Positions 45,169-57,125 of a stretch of DNA of 64,000 bases are shown piece by piece. The notes under the pieces are model-generated. The model did not search any database and was not told where the DNA came from. It saw nothing but the letters and a program-made list of their open reading frames with translations. This DNA comes from Caecitellus pseudoparvulus (lineage: Eukaryota > Protista > Bigyra: Bicosoecida): contig CBFFRQ010000057.1 in NCBI GenBank assembly GCA_965644315.1, positions 667,018 through 731,017 of the forward strand, written 5' to 3'. Both the position numbers and the translations under genes were made by a program. Numbering within the stretch: the stretch's first letter is position 1; every line of letters starts with the position of its first letter.

Positions 45169-47334
45169 TCAGGTCATGAGCGCTTCACTGGGCTGCAGGT
45201 TCTTGCTCTGCGCTTCCAGCCTCATCTTCTCGCCAAGCCGTCGCTGGCGAACTTTATCTGAGGCAATGCGCAGGGCATCCTCCTTCAGGCGATCGCGACC
45301 TCTGTACTCACCAGGCTCTTCTTTGGTCTGCAGCATGAACTCATCCACTTCTGCGCCAGCCATGTCCATCGCAGATGCGATGAACTTGGTCAAACCGCTT
45401 GCCTTGAGCCCCTTCTTGTGCTTGGCCTTGGCAGCCTGTGCGCCGCTTCCAGACACCCGCACGTCGCCGACCTCCGCATAGGCCTGCGCAAGGGCCCCTT
45501 GGATCTCAATCAAGGTGCCCTTGCGACGAGTGAGTGAAGCATCTTTCGAGAAGGGATCCATGCGGCCACGCCTGGTGGAGTCCCTCGTGAGTGGGCGCCC
45601 TGGGATGCCCCCAGTGAGGCCAGTGTCTGTGGAGGCGACAGATTCACCACCAAAGCTCCCCCTGCGGCCGTGACCGGCAGGTGTGGGTATCCCGAGCGTC
45701 TCCTGAGGTGTGTCAACTTCTGGCGTTGACGAGGCTTGCCTGGTTGACTCCATGGACTTCATGAACTTGCTGTGAGTGTTCGCGAACTGGTGTGCAGTGT
45801 TGTGAATCACGGCAGAGTGGACTGTCTCATGCCCGCTTCGAATTGAGGCACCCGCTGCCGTGGGCTGCACACGCACAATGCGCCGGTTTGCGACGACCAT
45901 GTCCCCCATGCGGGCTTCCATCTCTCGGCTGTCGATGTCAAGCGTCTCCGCTCCACCCTCACCCTCGCCATGCACGGCAGCTCGCACCACGCGCAAGAGG
46001 TATTGCAGCGTGTTCTTCACCTCCAACACCTTCTGCACTGCGCCTGCCGCCCACATGGAAGTGCCAGGGGGCAGGTCCTTCAGGGAGGCGCTGCCCAGTG
46101 CTGGGGTCGGGGCCAGGCTGCACTGGGCGTGCATGCTGTCTAGCGCTTGGTCAAACTGCACTTTGACACCTCTGAGGTCTTCGAACTCCTTTTGGGTGGC
46201 TTCTAGCTTTCGCTTGGCTGCATCTCTTTCAGATTCGATGGTGACCAGCGTGTGTGGGTCAAAGCCATCTTCGTCCCAATGGTTCCGGGCTTCGGGCTGC
46301 ATCTTGTTGCGCAGCTCAACTTCTGCTTTAGCAAGGTACGCAAGCCGCTCATTCAATGCTTGAAGTCGATCAGACACCCTGGACAACTCTGCTTGCTGCT
46401 GCACAAAAGCTTCCACGATATCATCTGGGCGAGGCGGCGGCAGCTCGGTGGCATCGCAACCCTCAGGCAGCTCAGATTGAGGCACCCCAGCAGCGATGCG
46501 CACTCTGCTGAATAAGTCGTACAAGTCATCCACGGTCTGCGCGAGCACCTGCTTGCGGTAGCTCAGCATGGCCTCTTCTTGCTGCAGTTCCATGGTGCGA
46601 GCTCGCAGTGCAGCTTCCTCCGCCGCCGTAAGGTCGCCTGCAGCTCGGGCGTTCAGGGTGGCCTCCTTCTTTGCGGCTGCTGCTTTCTCCAGCATCAGCC
46701 TCCGCCTTGCTTGGACTTCTTGGCGTCGAGTCTCGAGCTTTTCGGACAGCAGTTTGTGGTGCTGGGCCACCTCTGCCTGCGCCTCGGCCAGGTCCCTCTT
46801 CTCCTGAGTGTATGCCTTCATAACACTCGCCAAGAGGCGTTCCTGCAGTGATTGCTCTTGTTTTTGAACCCGCAAGGCATCTTCCAGCACCTGCAGAGTG
46901 CTGATGTGGTGCTGCTTTCCATCTCGCAGACGCTTGTACATGTGCTCCAGGGTGAAGTAGTACATGCAGGTCGCCTCATACTGTGATTTTTTCTGGGCAA
47001 CCTGGTCTTGTGCGTCAGTCACCTTTATTGACGCTTCACGTCGCATCTCATCAACGTTGTCTTCGAACTGCAGGCGGTCCAGCTCGGCGGTGGCCTTCTC
47101 GAACTCCCTTTGCTTCGCAACAAGTTGCTCTTGGATCTGTGACGTCTCACGCCGCAAGCGTAACACCTGAGCTTGTCTCTCTTGCCTTAGTTTGCTTGCA
47201 GCCTCGGTCGGGTCATAGTCTGCGAGGCCTGATGGTCCAGTCGCGTGGGTGCCTTCCTCGGTGGGCTTCCTCGTGCTAGCCTGTGGTTGGCCACACGTAG
47301 CACAAAGTTCAAGTGGAGCGTCCAAGGTAGGCAT
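45169..47334 (-). CDS. Long coiled-coil protein (flagellar docking-complex-like appearance); possible extra 5' exons up to ~47850
   Basis: 721-aa ORF dominated by heptads. The upstream region has splice-like signals that could not be resolved. Confidence 0.6.
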   Translation of the reverse strand: MPTLDAPLELCATCGQPQASTRKPTEEGTHATGPSGLADYDPTEAASKLRQERQAQVLRLRRETSQIQEQLVAKQREFEKATAELDRLQFEDNVDEMRREASIKVTDAQDQVAQKKSQYEATCMYYFTLEHMYKRLRDGKQHHISTLQVLEDALRVQKQEQSLQERLLASVMKAYTQEKRDLAEAQAEVAQHHKLLSEKLETRRQEVQARRRLMLEKAAAAKKEATLNARAAGDLTAAEEAALRARTMELQQEEAMLSYRKQVLAQTVDDLYDLFSRVRIAAGVPQSELPEGCDATELPPPRPDDIVEAFVQQQAELSRVSDRLQALNERLAYLAKAEVELRNKMQPEARNHWDEDGFDPHTLVTIESERDAAKRKLEATQKEFEDLRGVKVQFDQALDSMHAQCSLAPTPALGSASLKDLPPGTSMWAAGAVQKVLEVKNTLQYLLRVVRAAVHGEGEGGAETLDIDSREMEARMGDMVVANRRIVRVQPTAAGASIRSGHETVHSAVIHNTAHQFANTHSKFMKSMESTRQASSTPEVDTPQETLGIPTPAGHGRRGSFGGESVASTDTGLTGGIPGRPLTRDSTRRGRMDPFSKDASLTRRKGTLIEIQGALAQAYAEVGDVRVSGSGAQAAKAKHKKGLKASGLTKFIASAMDMAGAEVDEFMLQTKEEPGEYRGRDRLKEDALRIASDKVRQRRLGEKMRLEAQSKNLQPSEALMT

Positions 47335-48317
47335 CGCGGGTGTTGTTTCATACCTCTATGGACCGGGTCCTGGAACCTTCGTCTTCCTGAGCAGAAGCGC
47401 CGGTGGCGGGCTTCCGAGCAAACCTGCACCTGAGCCAGCGGCGCAACACGCACGATAACAGTGTGATCTGCAGGCCCTTCCACAGCCAAACCTTTTCTTT
47501 GAGTGCCCGAGAGTGCTGCTTGTAGATCAGGCTTTCCTGCGTACCAAGTATGGGGTTCGAGTGCACTCACGCTTCCTGACAACAACGCGCGAGCTGAAGT
47601 CGTTGCGCAAGTCATGGGCAAGGAAGCCCACAAGGAACCCTTACGTGACTTGTCCTCTTGGTATTGGTACTGAAGACCCTGCTTTTGGGCTCTCTTTGTC
47701 GCCTGCAGCGGAGCGGCGCGCAATCGCAGATCAGGTCGGGTGGCATTGAGAGTCACAGCGATTTCCGCACCTCAGTTTCCTCCGCCAGTTGTTGCACAAG
47801 GGCTGCAATGCGATCAGCTTTCAGTGACAGCTGCACTGCTTCCATGTTTGAACTCTCCGGTAGAGCGAGTGAGGCAAGCACTCGGGCTGCGGCTCCTGCG
47901 AGAGCGGGTGGTGTGAGCAGTGTCACGTGGCCCAGACCAAGTAGACTGGAGATGGGCAAGCCCACTTCGGAGCCGATCAAGCTTTGGTTCCCCAAGATGT
48001 GGGGGGTACTTTGGTTGCTCGTCTTTGAACCAGCACGTGCAGTGCCGGCCCAAGGTCGTCAGCCCCAGCAGGCCCCTCCAGGGAGGGGGTGACAGGCGGA
48101 AGGCAAAGCCGCGGTCCGTCGTACAATCCGAAAACAGCATCCATACATGCGCCCACCTTGCCCCCTACGGCCCTTGCTCCTGCACGACGCCGAGCACCAA
48201 GGCAACCGGCGCCTGGCAAGCAATTCGCCTGGCAACGATTCGGGGCTGTACTCTGGTTCTCGCAGTTCAGTGCGGTGCCGTTGCAGGGTTACCATAGCAT
48301 CTGATTAGCAATCCAGT

Positions 48318-51300
48318 ATGCCAAGAGTCAACAAAAAGGCGCAAAGAAGGGACAGGTACCAGCAGCTGGCGAAGGAGCAGGTGCGTGGGTTGCGGAAGTT
48401 GTTCATGTTCCACCCTGCCGCCACCCAACCCTTTCCCCGTACTCGTGCCTGCTCAGGGATACAGAGCTCGGTCAGCATTCAAACTCATCCAACTCAACAA
48501 GAAGTATGACTTCCTTTCCAGTGCTCAATGCGTCATCGACCTGTGCGCTGCCCCAGGCGGATGGCTGCAGGTGGCGCAGAAGTTTTGCCCCATGTCGGCA
48601 CGCATCATCGGAGTGGACCTGAACCCCATCAGGCCTATCCACAACGTGCTAACCCACCAAGCTGACATCACCACTGTTCAGTGCCGTCAGCTCCTGCGTC
48701 GTGACATGGGCAGCGCGAAAGCTGACGTTGTCCTTCACGATGGTGCTCCGAACGTCGGCGCTGACTGGCGATCTGACGCATACCAGCAGTCCATCTTGAC
48801 ACTGCACTCTGTGAAGCTGGCGACAGAATTCCTTCGTCCTGGCGGCCTCTTCATCACGAAGGTGTTTCGTTCAGCAGACTACACATCGCTGCTGTGGGTC
48901 TTCAACCAGCTCTTCTCCAAGGTGGAGGCGACCAAGCCTCACTCCTCACGAAATGCCTCTGCTGAGATCTTCGTTGTATGCCAAGGCTACTATGCCCCAT
49001 CCAAGATCGACGCCCGCATGCTGGACCCAAACCACGTTTTCAAGGATGATGTCGATGTGCACGCTGCAGCCGCTGGCAGCTCTGGTGGAGACAAGCCCTT
49101 GTCGGTCATGCACCCCAAAGGCCTCATGCAGCGCCGCAGCCGTAATGGCTATAAGCCTGAACGGGGCCTTCTCCAGCTGAATGAGGTTCCTGTGCGGGAC
49201 TTTTTCCTCGCCACGGACCCGGTTGAGGTGATTTCCGATGCCACTGCTTTGGTGTTCACAGGCGAGTCTGAACAGTACCTTTCGCATCCTTCCACAACCA
49301 GTGAAATTAAGGCCCTGTGTGAGGACCTGAAAGTCATCGGCAGGGCAGACTTTAAGCTGCTCCTCAAGTGGCGCATGCGCATCAACAAGGAGGAAGTGGC
49401 GGCGAAGCGAGCAGCCGCAGCAGCAGCTGGTGGTGCCGACCAGGCTGGGCACGGCAAAGACTCAGCCACTGGCGGAGGAAGCGAGTCTGACAGTGATGAA
49501 GACGAGGAGCTTGCTCAAGCCCTGACGTCAGAGGCCAAGCGCAAGCGGGCGGAGCGCAAGCGCGAGGCCAAGCGCCGACAGCGGGCCATCAAGAAGCACA
49601 TGTATGGCATGACAGGCCAGAGCGTGGACATTGATGCCATGAATGCGGAAGTGCCACGGTTCAGTCTGGCAGCCATCACCGGCAAGCTTTCGAACCCGGC
49701 AGTTCTAGATGAGATAGCAGATGTGGACTTGGACACCATGGATGCCACAGACCAAGCTGGAATCGATGCGATTTATGAAGGCGAGGCCCCTTTGAACCCC
49801 TTGGCAGAGAAGCCTGATGGTGACGCCAGCGATGCTAGCGAAGGAGTGGGCGAGGAAGAGTACTTGGCGGCCCTGGAGGGCGCTCTAGACCGCCACTACG
49901 AGGAGTTCAAAGAGAAGCGTCGTTCTCGAGACGCAGCCGCTGCGAAGGCCGCCATCGAAGGTCGTGTGTCCAAAGGTGTGAAGCTGACACGCCGCGGCCG
50001 CATGGAGGCAGAAGCAGCAGCGAAGGTGGCACAGGCTGAGGCAAAACTTGATTACAAGCACCAAGAGTATTTGAAGCTGCTCGCCGGCATGCGGGCGAAG
50101 GACAGCAGGCCTGTTGGAGGGAGTGACGACGAGTCATCCGGCGACGAAGGCGGCGCCAGCGACAACTCGGACGGGTTCTGGGATGCACACAAACAAGACC
50201 GCACCGTGGACAGCGACGAAGAAGGGGACGCTATCATTCCGTCAGGCAGTTCTGCTTCCGCTGCGGCTGCCCGCTGGTTCAGCAACCCTGCAGTCTCAGG
50301 CGTGCTCCCAGTTGGGACTGTGGAGTTCAACACTGAATCCCGTGGGACAAAGCGTGCGCGTGGAGGCGACTCGGATGATGATGGGTTTGAGGACGGCAGT
50401 GATGACGACGGCCTCCCTGATTTCATGCGGGATCTGCCCAAGTCTGAGCGAGAGCTTCGCAAGGAGCGCCTGAAGCGGGCGAGGGAAAAGGAAGAGTACC
50501 TCGCAAAGAAGCGCACCGCGCATGATGACAGCAAGCTGCAAATTGTGAAGGGGCCTGCAGCTTCATACGAGTCTGAAGGCGATGAATCGGCAGACGATGA
50601 AGGCAAGGTGTCCCAAGCCACGAAGGATTTGATTAAGGCTGGCATGGGCGCTGCTCTGACCGGCAAATCTGTTTCGAGCACAACAGGAAAGGCTGCCGGC
50701 CCAAGTGAGGGTGGCTTTGAGACTGTGCCTCGCTTGGGGGATGCAGCAGATGATGATGATCCACGGGACCAAGAGTACGACTCTGACACCCACGCAGAAA
50801 TCCTCGCTTTGGGAAAGCTCATGCGCCAGCACACCACTGCGAAGGCGCTTGTGGATGCCAGCTACAACCGGTACTCATTTGATGATGGGGCCTTGCCCTC
50901 ATGGTTTGCTGCTGACGAAGCCAAGCACTTCCGGCCACAGCTTCCCGTGTCAAAGGCAGATGTGGAGCAGATTAAGACACGCTTCCGCGACATTGCCGCC
51001 CGGCCCATTCACAAGGTCATGGAGGCGAGGGCGAGGAAGAAGCACCGTTCCACAGCAAAGCTGGCGAAGGCACGTCGTGCTGCAGAGGCGATTGCAGCGG
51101 ATGAAACCATGGGTCACACCGAGAAGATGAAAGCCATGGCACGCACTTATCGAGGCACCCAAAAAGAAAAACGGGAGAAGGTTTATGTGGTGGCAAGCAA
51201 AGGAGGGAACTCGTCCCTTGCCGTGCGAGGTGCCCGCAAACGCGGTGCAGCGGTGAAGCAAGTTGACTCACGACTCAGGGCAGACACTCGCGGGGAGAAG

Positions 51301-51351
51301 AACGCAAGGTTCCGCTCGAAGAAGCGGGCAGCGAAACGCCGTCGCAAGTAA
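48318..51351 (+). CDS. SPB1: Pre-rRNA 2'-O-methyltransferase Spb1/FTSJ3; intron 48381-48456
   Basis: RDRYQQLAKEQ|GYRARSAFKLIQLN, DLCAAPGGWLQVA, VLHDGAPNVG, SRNASAEIFVVC and the C-terminal RPI.KVMEARARKK..KQVDSRLRAD motifs. Confidence 0.96.
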
Positions 51352-51414
51352 AACATAGCTGGATATTGTTCTGGTGAGTGGCTGGTGTGGCTGGTGTCGT
51401 GTGCCGCGCCGTGT

Positions 51415-51588
51415 GCGACTGCTTGCCACAGTGCTGGGCTGCCCCCCGGGGCTGTAGCCTGAGAAACTGCCAAAGCGGTCGAAGATCAAACGTGTATTGC
51501 ACGGACTAATATAGGAAACTGTCCACGCTCTAAGCAGCGAAAGCTGTGTGCACCCGTGTGTGGCCGGGGTCGAACGTCCGTAACATAT
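51415..51588 (+). ncRNA. Box H/ACA snoRNA, snR34/U65 (SNORA65)-like, copy 1
   Basis: Hairpin 1 (CGACTGCTT/AAGCGGTCG), box H AGATCA 51483-51488, hairpin 2 (ACGGAC/GTCCGT), ACA 51583-51585 + 3 nt. Pockets are antisense to the conserved LSU sequences UGGC-UU-GUGGCAG and UUCGAUGUCGGC-UC-UUCCUAU. Confidence 0.82.
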
Positions 51589-51724
51589 CACACGTCACGT
51601 GTCATGTCGTGCGCAGGAGTCGGACAGCGAGAGGGGGAGAGAGCATGTGCAGGCCGGGGAGCGATGCAGTGGAGTGGGCGTCTGCTGTGACGGTGAGTGG
51701 ATGGTGTCGTGTGCCGCGCCGTGT

Positions 51725-51898
51725 GCGACTGCTTGCCACAGTGCTGGGCTGCCCCCCGGGGCTGTAGCCTGAGAAACTGCCAAAGCGGTCGAAGATCAAA
51801 CGTGTATTGCACGGACTAATATAGGAAACTGTCCACGCTCTAAGCAGCGAAAGCTGTGTGCACCCGTGTGTGGCCGGGGTCGAACGTCCGTAACATAT
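51725..51898 (+). ncRNA. Box H/ACA snoRNA, snR34/U65-like, copy 2
   Basis: Same core as copy 1, offset by 310 bp. Confidence 0.82.
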
Positions 51899-52034
51899 CA
51901 CACGTCACGTGTCGTGTCGTGCGCAGGAGTCGGACAGCGAGGGGGGGAGAGAGCATGTGCAGGCCGGGGAGCGAAGCAGTGGAGTGGGCGTCTGCTGTGA
52001 CGGTGAGTGGCTGGTGTCGTGTGCCGCGCCGTGC

Positions 52035-52208
52035 GCGACTGCTTGCCACAGTGCTGGGCTGCCCCCCGGGGCTGTAGCCTGAGAAACTGCCAAAGCGGTC
52101 GAAGATCAAACGTGTATTGCACGGACTAATATAGGAAACTGTCCACGCTCTAAGCAGCGAAAGCTGTGTGCACCCGTGTGTGGCCGGGGTCGAACGTCCG
52201 TAACATAT
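52035..52208 (+). ncRNA. Box H/ACA snoRNA, snR34/U65-like, copy 3
   Basis: Same core as copy 1, offset by 620 bp. Confidence 0.82.
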
Positions 52209-52387
52209 CACACGTCACGTGTCGTGTCGTGCGCAGGAGTCGGACAGCGAGGGGGGGGAGAGCATGTGCAGGCCGGGGAGCGATGCAGTGGAGTGGACTT
52301 CCTGCGCAACCAATGTTTGGGGGTCTTTGGCAATGCACTACCGGGTGCTTTTTTTCTGTGCTGCAAGTCTTCTTGCTGGTAGGCCAA

Positions 52388-52422
52388 CGAACACGTGACC
52401 GTCAAATTTCTCGAACACGTGA
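52388..52422. promoter_or_regulatory. Paired E-box (CACGTG) direct repeat upstream of cytochrome b5 reductase
   Basis: CGAACACGTGA occurs at 52388 and 52412, 50-85 bp before the ATG. CCAAT lies near 52311. Confidence 0.35.
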
Positions 52423-52472
52423 TGCAGAATCTTTCGGTGTCCTCTTCACGCTGGTAAGGCAACGTTTGCACC

Positions 52473-53473
52473 ATGTTGCGCTCAGCAGCCCGCATGGCGG
52501 CTCCGGCCGCAGTCATGGCCAGCCTGGCTTGGACCAGCAGCGCCAGCGCAGCTGACGACGAAGACCTGTTCATCGTCAAGACAGCTCTGAACCCCAAGCA
52601 GTGGAAGGACTTTGAGTGCATTGAAAAGAAACAGCTGACTCACAACACTGCGCGACTTCGCTTTGCACTGCCTCCTCACCACGAGCTGGGCATGACCACC
52701 GCCTCGTGCCTGGTGGCTCGTGCGGACATTGATGGTGTGTCAGCCTCCGCCAGCCCCCAAGCACTGTGCGCGAGTCCATGGATCTCGCTTTTCCTTACGC
52801 AGGGAAAACTGTCGTGAGACCCTACACCCCCACTTCGCGCGAGCACGACAAGGGCTTCTTTGACCTGGTCGTGAAGACGTATCCCGAGGGCAAACTGAGC
52901 AAGTAGGTGTAGCTGGCGGCATGAGTACCTTCCAGACGCAAGCCGCTTTTCGCCTGCTGCCACCTCAGGCACATTTACGGGCTGGACCAGGGCGATTTCC
53001 TGGAATTCAAGGGACCCTTTAAGAAGCTGGACATCTCTTCAAACTCGAAGAAGGCCATCGGCATGATCGCCGGCGGCACGGGGATCACGCCCATGCTACA
53101 AGTGATCCAGAAGCTGCTGGACGACCCCCGGGACAAGACCGAGCTGCGTTTGCTGTACGCGAATAACACCGAAGATGACATTATTCTGAAGAATCAGCTG
53201 GACGCCCTTGCCTTGGTGCACCCTCGCTTCAAGGTGTACTACACGGTGACCGAGCCCAGCGAGGGCTGGACCGGCTTCACCGGCTTCGTGGACGCTGACA
53301 AAGTGGCAGCGACGCTCCCCCCCCCCAGCGATGACCACTTGGTGCTGGTGTGTGGCCCCCCTCCAATGGTCAAGGCAATGAGTGGAGGGAAGGCCAAGGA
53401 CAAGTCGCAAGGCCCGCTGGAGGGGCTGCTGAAGGAGATGAAGTACACGTCTGAGCAAGTGTTCAAGTTCTGA
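52473..53473 (+). CDS. NADH-cytochrome b5 reductase (Mcr1-like, mitochondrial-type N-terminus); introns 52735-52802 and 52903-52968
   Basis: [32 protein letters not shown]|[21 protein letters not shown] and EQVFKF motifs. Confidence 0.93.
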
Positions 53474-53502
53474 GCGCCGCGGAATGCATTCGGAGGGGTC
53501 CA

Positions 53503-54991
<1,489 letters not shown>

Positions 54992-55429
54992 GGTCACTGT
55001 GCTGGCCTCCAAGCAGGCGATGCAGCTGAGCAGTCTCTCGGACCTGCGTGCCCGACCCCCGTGAACGCCAGGCGGCTGCACAGCTCCTCGGGCACGGCTG
55101 TATCTCAGCTCTGATGGGGACGAAGTAGTGCTCAACAAGGTCGCGCGCATACCTCAGCCTTGGCCTGTGGCACGGCAGATCGGAGTTTGTCACTTGGTGT
55201 CATCTGCTTTGCTGTGGCTCCCCGCAACATTCATGTGCCGACCATCGGATGCCGAACAGTTCGGCCTGAACTGCTCTCCTACAAAAATGCAACAGCAACT
55301 TTCTTTCTGGGGGGTCAATTGCCCTCCCTCTTTCAAGGCTTTGGGCTCTTGCCTTCCGCTAGCTGGCTCGCTGACTCCGCGCTATTGAAACTCTGCCTTG
55401 CACCTGGCAGCACACTGTGGGCCCGCATC

Positions 55430-57112
55430 ATGCTCAGCGCCCGGCACGCAGTCACTGCAGTGTCTGGAATTGCAGGTTTCTTATACTGTTGGGTTCTTTT
55501 GCTCGTTTGTGAGCAGGTGGGTCGCCACAGCAGGCAGCCTGCCATGCGCCTGGCGTTCGAAACGCCACCTAACCTGTGCTGCACGGCCTGCGACAATGCG
55601 CAGGCGAGGAGGTATGCCCGAAAAGCTCAACTGCTTCGCACACGCCCTGGGTACCAGCACAAATACTCAAGGCAGTCCAGCTGCTTGGCTTGCCGGTGGA
55701 GGTTCCGGGGTGTGTCCATGGCTTGCCTTGCCGCAGCGTTGCCACTGCGTATGGTGTACATGCTGGACCCAGAGGGGGCTGTTTGGGGCCTGTACACACC
55801 AAATGGATGGATAGAGACAGGTTTGAAGCGGGTTCCCCAGCTCTGCATCGTTGCATCTGTGGTCCTGGTCACGTTCCTGTGGCGGCGCCTGCTCCGCTCC
55901 AGGGCCCAGCTGCGCCGCATGAGCTCCCAGCTCAGCACTGGGCAAAAAGGCGGCCTTTCTTCCCTAGCGCTGCTGTTTATTGGTGGTATTGTCACGTATG
56001 GTGTCGATCTTGGCGACAAGGGAAACATAATCGCCGAGTATGCTCTGTGGTTCGTGCCGAAAACCAGCGGCAAGTGTGCCCTGAGCCGCCCGGACACCGC
56101 CCATGCCCCTCCCGTTATGCACAGGACATGCAGCGTGACCTTTATGTCTGTACTGTGCATTCTCATTCTGCACTACACCGCTAGTGTCGTTTCTGCCCTT
56201 GGAGAGGTGCTGTCGTCAGGCGATCGCGGGTCAACACATCAACTTGCCCCCAGTCGAGGGTCTGTACGCAGCTCTGCGGCACCTCCTCCCCACCTGTGCT
56301 GGGGCCCATCTGGCCTTTTGTACTGCTTTTCTTCGCCAAGGAACCAGCGCTTTAGTGAGCTCCGGCCGAACAGGCGCCGCCTTGTCGACGAAGGACCTGC
56401 AGGTCGCCGCCGGAGGATGTCCTTGCACCGCCTGACAGCCACCGACTCTGTATCTTCGACATCTACCGTGCAACGAGTTCGCAGGGGCGTCTTGTGGACG
56501 TTTGCACTTTGGCTGACAGCGCTTCTATTCCTCCTCCCAGCATTCTCCGTTGACTCGTTGCTGCTCTTCTCGCGTCAACAGGGGGACTTGGAGTGGTCCT
56601 CAGACGGGTATCTGTTCGTGTATTATTTCGCATCCTTCAGGCTTTCAGAGGTGCTGTGTTGTTTGGGAACCCTCCGTGCCTTGTGGCTCGACTTGCCTGA
56701 AGACCTTGGCTGCTGCGGTCCGCCACACAGTGTCTACGATTCCGTTCGCAGTCACTGTTTAGCGTTGCTCCGTGACGCCAACCCTGTATACATCTGGATC
56801 GCCCTGCTGCGCCTTGATGACGACTCTGATAAAGAGAATTCTGTCTTGGAGAACCTCAGTATGAGTTCTGGCAAGTGGAGTCAGAGCCGCCGTGCTCTCA
56901 AGGCACACCTAGCTTCCAAGGCGACGCCCAACGCCGCACCAAGAGCGATCACGACCAGCATGGCCGGCCGCAATCGGCAAAGGCATCCAATCTTACCCCC
57001 CACAGCCTTGACAAACATGATTCGCCTGCAAGCAAAACGTGCAGCCTTGCGGGCAGCACTAGCTGAGCGCAGCAGCTCGCTTAGCGGCTTGCCCAGCGGC
57101 TCGTCACGCTGA
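55430..57112 (+). CDS. Multi-pass (~7 TM) membrane protein of unknown function; probably contains in-frame introns
   Basis: Long ORF with several hydrophobic segments and a basic cytosolic loop and tail. Confidence 0.6.
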   Translation: MLSARHAVTAVSGIAGFLYCWVLLLVCEQVGRHSRQPAMRLAFETPPNLCCTACDNAQARRYARKAQLLRTRPGYQHKYSRQSSCLACRWRFRGVSMACLAAALPLRMVYMLDPEGAVWGLYTPNGWIETGLKRVPQLCIVASVVLVTFLWRRLLRSRAQLRRMSSQLSTGQKGGLSSLALLFIGGIVTYGVDLGDKGNIIAEYALWFVPKTSGKCALSRPDTAHAPPVMHRTCSVTFMSVLCILILHYTASVVSALGEVLSSGDRGSTHQLAPSRGSVRSSAAPPPHLCWGPSGLLYCFSSPRNQRFSELRPNRRRLVDEGPAGRRRRMSLHRLTATDSVSSTSTVQRVRRGVLWTFALWLTALLFLLPAFSVDSLLLFSRQQGDLEWSSDGYLFVYYFASFRLSEVLCCLGTLRALWLDLPEDLGCCGPPHSVYDSVRSHCLALLRDANPVYIWIALLRLDDDSDKENSVLENLSMSSGKWSQSRRALKAHLASKATPNAAPRAITTSMAGRNRQRHPILPPTALTNMIRLQAKRAALRAALAERSSSLSGLPSGSSR

Positions 57113-57125
57113 CCAATTCCCCCCG

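Larger units (their letters stand above)
51373..52296 (+). repeat. Tandem array of ~3 near-identical 310-bp units (snoRNA-containing intron + short exon)
   Basis: Identical blocks at 51393, 51703 and 52013. The few substitutions fall outside the snoRNA core. Confidence 0.97.

Noticed and set aside
51450-51560. Minus-strand H/ACA fold (ATATTA box, ACA at 51455-51453)
   Set aside because: Weak stems, wrong pocket distances and no convincing target pair.
19455-52208. Functional clustering of pseudouridine catabolism (PsuG/PsuK) with the H/ACA guides
   Set aside because: They are ~30 kb apart with unrelated genes between, so this is most likely coincidence.
51373-52296. The 310-bp array as a CRISPR array, 5S rRNA, U1/U2/U4/U5/U6, tRNA or SL RNA locus
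   Set aside because: There are no unique spacers. Only short chance matches exist (GTTCGA, CTTTCGC, AAGATCAA), without the conserved cores or a proper Sm site. The + strand H/ACA model explains the boxes, stems and both guides.
51268-52338. Repeated short ORFs within the array
   Set aside because: By-products of the repeat with no protein features.
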